This document shows positions 52,790-64,000 of a DNA stretch of 64,000 bases, in pieces. Source of the DNA: the human T2T-CHM13v2.0 reference genome, Homo sapiens; assembly GCF_009914755.1 (NCBI RefSeq), contig NC_060932.1. One strand, given 5' to 3'. Within the stretch, counting starts at the first letter, position 1, and each line of letters begins with the position of its first letter. The notes beneath the pieces are model-generated. The model saw nothing but the letters and a program-made list of their open reading frames with translations, did not search any database and was not told the origin of the DNA. A program made the translations under genes and the position numbers.

Positions 52790-55390
52790 GGTTTCTTTAT
52801 CTTTGTATGCCTGTGCTTAGCACAGTGGCTGCCACACAGAAGGTGGGTTCACCTCTATGGAACTGAACCGCAGAAGCCTGGGTGTTCAAGGCACGGCATC
52901 AGGCTGGGGGGCCATCTACCTCCCAGAATGGGAGGCAGGTGCAGAGAGACACCCAAGCTCCCCGTTTCACCATGTCACCAAGGCCCACAGCAGGCACAGG
53001 GTGCCTTGCTACAGCCTGGCGGTACACACCAGTCAGGGCTATGGAACATCGACAACAGAAATCAGCTATGACTATTTTATGGAAAAGAGGATTTTGATGA
53101 GAAAATATGAGAAACTCCCAGAATCAACAGGCAAAGTGCAGAGCCATGCTCAGACAAAGGACCACGGATACTGTGCAGGGGGAAAATGTGGCCAAGGCCA
53201 CGTCACAGGACGTCTGCTGCAGACACTGCCACTCCTACTGGGCCTCAACTCTAAACAACCTCTTCCTGCCCCTGCATCTGTGCAGTACTCAGCCCAGGGT
53301 CAGAGCAGAGGGTGGCAGTGGTCATGTGGCCAAGCTGAGGCCACAGGCTGCGAGAAAGAATGTGTGGTCCACCTCAGCTTCCATACTGGCAGAAGAGGCT
53401 CTGCCTCCCTCCAAGACTTACATACTGAGGGTTCCCCCAACCAGGAAGGTGGGTGGAATGTTGAGCACCCCAAAATATAAAAAGTACCCATGAGACCTAC
53501 CAACCCACCAAGCTGCAGAATTAAGTAAAGGTAGATCCCTGAGTGCCATCACACCATGACTGAGTCCTACAGAGACCTACAGAATGGACTCAGGCTCCCA
53601 GGGTGGCGGAAGTGAGGGAGAGGCCTCTGCATGTCTACACAGCCCCAGAGCCAAGTGTGAACAAAGGAAGTGTTTCTTCATCTCTTACCACAGAGAACAA
53701 GTGTGAAGCAGAATTTCAAGCATCTGCTATTGCAAAACATCTAAAGTAGTAGCAAAAGGTCATTTCCAGAAACATCCCTCTTCCCCTACCCTAGAAGCCA
53801 TTCAGCATCAGTTACATTGTGAATAACACTATCTGAAGCTTGTTCATTCATTCAGCAAACTGTCCTAAGACCCAGATGTGCCTGGCCTCGTGCTGGGCAC
53901 TGGAGTTACAAAGATGAATGAGTTGCCATCCCTGACCACAAGCTCAGTAAGCTGGAGGAGAGGAGAACAGAGAAGGCTTCACTGGGGATGGCAACTGTCA
54001 TGGAGGGTTAGAGGTTAGTGATGTGAATTTGCATTCCAGATGTTTTTTAGCATTTGCTGGGCATCACAGATTTCTAAACACACACACATACACACACACA
54101 TACTTCCTCCCAGTCAGTTACCTCCTTAATCAGCCACCAGCCCGAGGACCGTGGTCCAGAGGACTAGGCCTGGATATGCAAACCTAGGTCCTTTTAGGAA
54201 GGGCTGCAGGCTACCAGGTAGGCTAAAGATGTCAACATGGTAGATGGCAATCTGCTTCCCTGGGTGGAAGACAAGACACAGAGGCTGACCCCAACACGCC
54301 AGTTGGCTGTGCTCTTGGGCAGACCTTAGCTCTTGGTCAGCAGCTGGTCCTCAGGAAACTGGGAAATGAACCCTGTTTTAGGTGCCCCTGCTCTACCCTC
54401 CACAATCATAATACCAGCGCTTACCATTTGCACTGCACACTCCAGTTTGTAAGACACTTTTACAGGCATCCACTCCTTCATTCATTCATTGAACACCAAG
54501 GCACTTTGCTTAGAGCTAAGAACCTAAAGAGTAATTAATCACAGCCGCTAGCCGATTGGTTGCCACTTCCTATGGGAAGCCCTCCTTAACCTCTCAGGCT
54601 GGGATCAATGTCCCCCAACCCCCACCTCACACCCCACAGGCCACGGCAGCTCAGACTTCCCTACATCACAAGCTCCCTGTATCAGCACTGGGTCTCCTTC
54701 TATCTAAACTTCCTGGTTTAGATGTGAAAGGGACTCATCCACCCCATCCACCACTGCATCCTCTGAGCCTAGTACAGTGCCTGGCACACAGTGAAGCAGA
54801 ATGGATGTCCTGAGGAAGTGCCAGTGGGAAGACCCAGGAGGACAGAGGGGCCGTGGGGAAACAGAAGCCAAGTGGGAAAGGGCAGGGGAGACTCAAGGTA
54901 AGAATCTGGCATTATCATTCCCTACTCATTTGTGGATTAGGACATTTATCTCAGAGAGCTTGAGGGACTTGCCCACAATATTACTGCTAGTAAACTAGCT
55001 GGGTCTCTGCACTCACTCTCTTCATACCAATTTCCAAACCAACTCTCTACATCTCAGACAGCTTTGAGCCCTCCCTCCCCCACAGCCCGCAGAATTCCAT
55101 CTCTCTTCCTGTGACCAACTTACTGTTTGGGATCTAATGTATTCTGTACCCTCCCTCCGGGGTATTTTTTTTAAGATACCCTGAAGATAGAAGCCTGTGA
55201 TTAAAAGAAAGAAAAGGATTCCTAACGATGGAATGGCAGGAACTCACTTATTCATTAAACAAATATTTACTGAACACCTAGAGTATGTTCTATTCTAAGT
55301 GCAAATATACCAGCGTGAACACAGGCAAAAATCACTGCCCTCTAAGATACCATCATGAAATGGTGTTATGAAAACCCAGTATGCCTTTGT

Positions 55391-55514
55391 GAAGGAAGGA
55401 AGGAAGGAGGGAGGGAGGGAGGGAGGGAGGGAGGGAGGGAAGGAGGGAGGGAAGGAAGGAAGGAAGGAAGGAAGGAGGAGGAGGAGGAGGAGGGAGGAAA
55501 GGAGGGAGAGGGAA
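55391..55514. repeat. Polypurine (GGAA/GGAG/GAG)n tract
   Basis: Direct. Confidence 0.95.
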
Positions 55515-56193
55515 TACCAAGTGATCTATTCAAGATGTCACTTAAGCTGACCCAGGGAACATGGTCTATTGGGGGCGAGGAGACACCACACAATCCTTCA
55601 CCCCAAGACCACTCTATTATCTACTGCAGGATACCCTGTCCTCATTCACTGTCCTTTCAATATCCACAGTAGAAGAGAAACAGACAGAATGAGCCTCCTT
55701 TTTTGGCCATTGCTGGCTTCCTAATTAAAGTCAAGGATTTGTGTTTATTCAGGGTCTATAAACACAGACCCAAAAAAGTGTTTAAGAGAAAGCAGATGAA
55801 ATGTGGGTAAGGACTAGCTAATAAAATCACGGGAAAATGCTGTGCGTTTTCAGTCATGAATGTGATTAAACAAAACTTGCAGGAGGATGCTCTGAGGGCC
55901 AAGGCACATAAATGTGTGCAGGGCCTGAGCTTCCAGGGGAAAATGTAAACCATAACTTCCTGCAGAATTAATTGGTCCCTGGTGGGAGATACGTGCTAAG
56001 TTCCTCTGGACAGAGCCAGAGAATCACGATGCAGCTAATGTGGGTTCCCCTCCCCCTCCTGCCACTAGGTTGTCACATAGCCTGTCAAGACTGCATTTTA
56101 AAATCCTGTGGATTTGCAGGTTCCTTGGGGACAGCCTTTGGAGGAAGAAACTCTGCTCAAATTACAAGAGGCACCTAAAGAAGCTCAGAAACA

Positions 56194-56504
<311 letters not shown>

Positions 56505-56989
56505 TCAGAAACGGAGGCTGCCCCTTCCAGAGCACTGTCAGCTCATCGCAGGACCTCAGTGTCCACATCTGGCCACTGCACCAGATACTGGCTAAGGTCC
56601 CTCCCAATAACAGCTTCTCACACACTACGTCCTTCCAAGTCGGTACCTGGGTACAGAGGAGGACCCTGTTATGAAATATATGGGGGTCTGGTCTGAATTT
56701 GAACATGAGTGGCAAAGATGTTGAGGAACCCTGAGGATTCCACAAGGAAGTGGATGACTTTGCAGAGATCAAAGAGAGCAAAGGAGGGGTAACATCCAGG
56801 GCCAGCCTTAATGAAACCCTAATGCACAAGTTTCCACAATTAAGGACAATAATGGGACAGGAACCAGTGGGGCCCAGAAAACAATCAATGCCTTTGATTA
56901 AGCACTGCTGACGAAATTTCCCATTGGTGCTTTAATATGGCTCCCCGGGGGGGTTGTTGGCTTTGCAATGTCTTAAGGAAACTCATCTC

Positions 56990-57303
<314 letters not shown>

Positions 57304-57969
57304 TAAGTAGAACAGAGAGCCAGGAAGCTCATCTTTAATTCAGCGCCGACAATCCTCAGCTCAGCTCAAACTTGGCAAAACGCTTTCTTCCCTCGCATCT
57401 ATTCATAGCCGTCTGTTCCTAGAGTTAACGCTCAATTATTCACCCTAACAGAGGAATTGTCCCATGCTCTGAGAATAACGTGGGGGGGGTGGGACGCAGG
57501 AGGGGCAGAGGAGCAGGGACAGAGTAGAAGAGACCCCAGCTGCCGCCAAGTAGGCAGCCACACTCCTCTGAGAGAGCAGCAAGGTGACAACACCCTCCAG
57601 GCATGGCCAGTGGGGAGGAGCCGACCTTAGTCACCAGGGCCTGCAACACACCAAACATGCTGAACTGCATCCACCAGGCCCGTCTCGGGATCCCTGTCCA
57701 CAGGGAAGGGAAGGGAGGCTCAGACAAGTGACATGACCCCCCAGGAACACAGAGTGAGCAAATGGCAGGGCTAGTGACACGATGCAGAGGCAAGGCCCAC
57801 GTGCGCCACGCACCCAAGGACCAGATGCAATTGACACCCTCAGGTGATGAAAACCTTGGAGCTGCCACAGGCCCCAACTCCTCCCAGAACTAAACCTTTT
57901 ACCAGAATTGCTTCCTGCCTGGTGGGCACCCCCAACGATTGGCTAAGTTGGATGGAATCTCCCACAAGG

Positions 57970-58281
57970 TTTTGTGCTTTTGTATTTTTAATATGCTGGA
58001 GACAGAGTCTCACTCTGTTGCCCAGGATGGAGTGCAGTGGCACGATCACGGCTCCCTGAAGCCTCGACCTCCCGGTTCATGCAGTCCTCCCACTTCAGCC
58101 TCCCGAATAGCTGGGACTACTGATGAGTGCTACCACGCCCAGATAATATTTTTATTTTTTTGTAGAGATGGGGGCTTACTGATGTTGCCCAGGCTGCTCT
58201 GGAACTCTTGGGCTCAAGCGATCCTCCCGCCTCTGCCTCCCAAAGTGTTGGGATTACAGGCATCAGCCACTGCACCCAGCC
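57970..58281 (-). mobile_element. AluJ
   Basis: Full dimer. Confidence 0.92.
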
Positions 58282-58416
58282 TCCCATAAGGTTTTGATGA
58301 GGATTAAACGAGATGATGTACACCCAGCAGAAACCTCTACTGTTACCGTGTCCCCCTTGTGTTTTAGTCCTTCATTTTCTTCCTCTGACCCTCGAAACTG
58401 TAAGGACAAGGAGCAT

Positions 58417-58535
58417 GCATGACTCAGCATGACTCAGCTTGGTGAGCCCAGGGCCCAGCTCAGCAAGTAGCTGAGTTCATTCTTCACTCCTTCAGCCACA
58501 GCACCTGACTTACTTATCACTTCCTTTCCCAGGTG
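58417..58535. promoter_or_regulatory. Candidate enhancer core: tandem NF-E2/NRF2/AP-1 sites plus GATA, ETS and E-box
   Basis: GCATGACTCA x2 (58417-58436); CTTATCA 58513-58519; CACTTCCT 58518-58525; CAGGTG 58530-58535. Confidence 0.5.
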
Positions 58536-58763
58536 CTGAGGAGAAGAGAGCCCAGATGTGAGGACAAGAGAAAGGTGGGGTAAGGGATAGAGATGGGGAA
58601 GACAATGAGCAAACCTAGGGTTTTTTCTGGACATTCAATAAATGCCTATTTGAGATGCTAAGACATGTCCCCCTTTTGCATCTAATCACAGAAATACTTA
58701 TATACACACATCAAAATGATAAATCCTGGGCATGAAATGAATAGTTTTAAAGATGCCAATTTA

Positions 58764-59068
58764 GGCCAGGCACAGGGGCTCACGTCTGTAATCCCAGCAC
58801 TTTGGGAGGCTGAGGCTGGCAGATCACTTGAGGTCAGGAGTTCGAGACCAGCCTGGCCAACACAGTGAAACCCCATCTCTACTAAAAATATAAAAATTAG
58901 CCAGCCGTGGTGTCTCAAGCCTACAGTCCCAGCTACTCAGAGGCTGAGGCACTAGGATCACTTAAACCCAAGAGGTTGAGGTTGCAGTGAGCCAAGACTG
59001 CACCACTGCACTCCAGCATGGGTGACAGAGCAAGACTCTGTCTCAAAATAAAATAATAAATAAATAAA
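58764..59068 (+). mobile_element. Alu (AluS-type)
   Basis: Full dimer; TSD ATG(C/T)CAATTTA. Confidence 0.95.
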
Positions 59069-59087
59069 TATGTCAATTTAAATTATC

Positions 59088-59236
59088 AGCCAGGCACCGT
59101 GGAGAGAGCCTGTAGTCCCAGCCCTTTGGGAGGCCAAGGTGGGAGGATCCCTGGAGCTCAGGAGTTAGAGGCCATAGTGAGCCATGATTGCACCTGGACA
59201 ACAGAGCAAGACCCTGTTTCTAAAAGAAAAAAAAAA
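59088..59236 (+). mobile_element. Old Alu monomer (FAM/FRAM-like)
   Basis: Degenerate monomer with A tail. Confidence 0.75.
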
Positions 59237-59737
59237 TCTAATAATAAAAAATTGTCCTCCCAAAAAAATAATTGTCCACCCAAAGTAGAAAATTAACTCA
59301 TATACTCATTCATCAAACATATGTTTGGTACCTACCTACCAGGTACTTTCTATATTTGGTGCCTCCCTTTAAAAAATGGCTGAGGAGCATTGAATCCGAA
59401 CCCTTCCAAAACACAGGCAAAGATGACAAGTGGGCTGCATCACACACCATAAGAGTCTGTCTGGAAATTTGCAATCCCATAAACGGTTATAGCTCAGCCA
59501 GCCGCTGGGGTGCCTTCGTCTGTCTGCTCCGTATGGGCTTCTCAGAGGCAGATCCATCCTTTTCTTCTGCCCCTGCCTCCCACCACAGAGCACAGGAAGA
59601 GGGTTCTGAAAAGTGGTCCCTCTCCCCAAGAGAAGTTGGGCACACCCTCTGCATCCTTGCTCCCTGGACGTCCAGGAGGCAGGAGCAGAGAGATTGGTCA
59701 GGTGCTTGGAGCCATAAGGTCACTCACCTTCCATTGA

Positions 59738-60132
<395 letters not shown>

Positions 60133-60531
60133 CTGAAAATAATTTCTATAGGACCTGAAGATGGGTACTGGTATGTGGATGTCTCTAGATTCCTTAATCC
60201 CATCAGCTGTTTGCCTGGAAGGAATGGTGAGATTCTAGAAAAATCTTGTGACCTCCCTCTGACCCCAGGTTTCCTCATTTATAAAACGGCAACAATAATG
60301 TCTTCTGCATAGACCTAGGAGATGTCTATGGTGGCTGTTCTATTCAAGAATTGCTAGCTGTCTTTCTTTAATCAGGCCTGTCCGTATTTCACCTCAGGGA
60401 TGCCTGGGCCTAAGTTTTATTAATTGAACTGTTTTTGTTGTATATCTTTTATGAAGAGTCATCTAAACTTTGGTTTTCTCTGTTTTCCTGAAAGCAGCAG
60501 TATTTTAGGTTTCTTAGAGAAGAAGAAAAGA

Positions 60532-60863
<332 letters not shown>

Positions 60864-61168
60864 TTACAATAAAAGTAACATAATCACATTAGAAAAAAAC
60901 GTGAAAATGAGAGAAAGGGAAAGAATATCTCCATATTCTTATCTCCCTCACACAACCTCTGACACCATTTTGGTCTATTTCCTCAAAGTCTTGTTTCCTA
61001 TAAATGACAGATGGTTTTCTAAGTCTCCTCACAGCCTCCATGGCCCTGACTTTGAGGGGCCGTGTAATATTCCACCATGTGGCTAAAGCATAACTGGTTT
61101 AAGTACGTGGTTACTGTCAGACACTTAGATTATTTCCAATTTATTTTGTTACTGTAAAAAGCTGAGCT

Positions 61169-61586
61169 AGCCAGGTGCGGTGGCCCACGCCTGTAATCCC
61201 AACACTTTGGGAAGCCAAGCGAGGAGGGTGGCTTGAGCTCGAATTTGAGACCAGTGTGGGCAACACAGCAAGACTTCATCTCTACTAAAAATAAAAAAAT
61301 GAGCCAGGTATGGTGGCAGGCACCTGTGGTCCCAGCTTCTGCCTCTAGAGATGGCACTTGCCAATCTATGTGAGTATCTGTAGTTACTCCAGAGGATTCT
61401 GAAGAAGCCTATGGAATCAAATTAGGGAACCACTGCTGTTCCCAATTGAATTGAAAACTGAGGTACTCGGGAGGCTGAGGTGGGAGGATTGCTTGAACCC
61501 TGGAGGTCAAGGCTGCATCATGATCGTGCCACTACACTCCAGCCTAGTTGACAGAGTGAGACCCTGTCTTAACAACAACAACAACA
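61169..61586 (+). mobile_element. AluJ carrying a 127-bp non-Alu insert, inside an old L1M fragment
   Basis: TSD AAAGCTGAGCTA; right arm split at cccagct|actcggg. Confidence 0.88.
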
Positions 61587-62617
61587 TAAAGCTGAGCTAA
61601 AAATCTTTATGCAACATTTTGTCCATATTTTTTACTGTTTTTCTTAGGAAAGATTCCCAAAGTGGGTTCCCTGGGTCAAAGGTTATGAAGATGTTCAAGG
61701 CTCTGGACATCAATTGCAATAGTTGCCCAGAAGGGTCACTCGAAGACCTGGTTGGCCACCAGCAAGAAAATGCATGCACCTTCACTGGGGTGACACCTTT
61801 CACAGGCATCACAGCGCAGGGTCAGGGACACCTGTTGGGTTTTCTCTGGAGTGAGTTCTTATGGAACATTCTGGTCTCTGCACATTAGCTGCACAATCTC
61901 AGGTGCTTTTCAGCTCTGCCCTGCTGAATGAGAGATCCATAATGCATGCGAGGATAAGCTCCAAGGTGGAATCAAATGCTCCCTCCTCACCCAGCAGCTA
62001 TTTGGGGATGATCAGGGAAAACGAAAGATCAGGTTCCTCTTCTTTTGGTTTTAGGTGTCCAAGGTGTTGGGACAATGATGAGTTTATCTAGGGAGAAGCA
62101 TTTTCCAACCACATTGATCATGGGGGACAGTGGGGGACGTTCAAAGGTCATACCTCGTTTATTCCTCATTTATTCTGAGACAGGTCCACTCAGGCAGGGC
62201 CTCAAGGACTATGGGATCAAATCCAAAGGCCCAGGAGGCCGAAGCCCTTTCAGATCAACTCCTGGATGGGGCCTTCAACTGCAGATTTGAGACGTGCAGG
62301 AACAATGACAAAGTCAGAAGGGGCCTAATTCTAGGGGCTGCGGTAACCAAAAAGACTCTGCTTTATTTATTTATCTATTTATTTATTTTGGCCTCACCAG
62401 GTCAAGAAAGGCTGTCTCCCTCTGTCCACTCTGTCTCTCACAGCAGACAACTAGACATCCAGAAACTCTCTCCAAGGTTATCACACTCAAGCATGAGAGA
62501 CCCTCGGATAATCACACATACACAGGTAACACCCCCACTGGGTATCAAGACAACTTAGCACATTCCGAAGATGCCCTCAGTGCATCAAACATACAATGGG
62601 ATTCCTCTGTACCCTCA

Positions 62618-62752
62618 TTTTCTTTTTTATTTTTTGTTTAGAGACAGGGGTCTCCCTATGTTGCCCAGGTTGGTCTCAAACTCCTGGGCTCAATCAATCC
62701 TCCCACCTGAGCCTCCTGAGTAGCTGGGACGGCAGGCGTGTGCCACCCAGCC
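62618..62752 (-). mobile_element. FLAM-type Alu monomer
   Basis: Monomer with T-rich tail. Confidence 0.82.
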
Positions 62753-62899
62753 ATACCCTCGTTTCACTGAGCCGAATTCAGCTATACTCAAAGGGCCAAA
62801 TGCTTTTCTTTTTCCATTTTAAAAACTTTAAATAATATAAAAGTGTATTTTGCCTATTGTATTTATTTGTATTTGTTTCTACAGGTTTTTTTGTTTCTT

Positions 62900-63525
<626 letters not shown>

Positions 63526-64000
63526 CATGAAGATGTGACTCTGTTGAGCAGAGTTTCTTCTCCTTTGGTGCTTTTAGGTCTTGGGGGCACGTGTCTGTCT
63601 GTTAGGAACCAGCGGAAAATCAGCCCAGCTCGGATCAGAACAGGAAACCAGGACCCAGGCTGGTGGGTGCTAGGGCAGGGCCTTGTGGCTTCACAACCCG
63701 CCTCCCAGGGACAGGCTATCTGGTCAAAAGAACTCGCCCTCCTCACTGCTGGGTCCCTTAGCGGGCTTTCACGTGCCTGGCCTGGTCCCTCCTTCTTTAA
63801 ATGAAGAGTGGCCTAGATGATTGTCACACTCCTGTGTGACACTGGACAACACACATCACCTCTCTGGGCTTCCATTGCCTCTGAACAGTCTTCCACCTTC
63901 GACTGGAATCAGAGCCCCAAAAGCGAGATTCTAACAAGAGGTTACATTGTGTGAGATACTGACCTCCTCAGCATCTAGGGTGATGGGGTCCCCGGGTGGG

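Noticed and set aside
52857-53480. Longest ORF in the window (207 aa)
   Set aside because: No recognisable domain or splice structure; it overlaps L2 and old LTR-like sequence

Overview
Primate (human-like) nuclear genomic DNA. It is extremely Alu-dense (about 65 Alu copies or fragments by my manual count) and also carries MIR, L2, old and young L1, MaLR/ERVL/ERV1 solo LTRs and hAT DNA-transposon fossils. I find no credible protein-coding exon: the ORF track is almost entirely Alu, L1 or GC-rich artefact. The main non-repeat signal is a small CpG-island promoter at about 41.95-42.35 kb (GC box, two CCAAT boxes). It appears to fire on the minus strand into a candidate first exon with a donor at 42036/42035. 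A candidate second, ATG-less exon lies about 35.5 kb away (6537-6422), so positions 1-42 kb are probably the 5' end and long first intron of a minus-strand gene I cannot name. Other notable items are a MER48-type solo LTR upstream in the same orientation, a U7 snRNA pseudogene, a zero-spacer inverted Alu pair, an HS2-like tandem NF-E2/AP-1 element next to GATA/ETS/E-box sites, and several local duplications and repair scars. I see no support for a new biological system; the findings are regulatory and genome-evolution candidates. Repeat boundaries are by eye (about +/-10 bp) and subfamily calls are from memory of consensus sequences.
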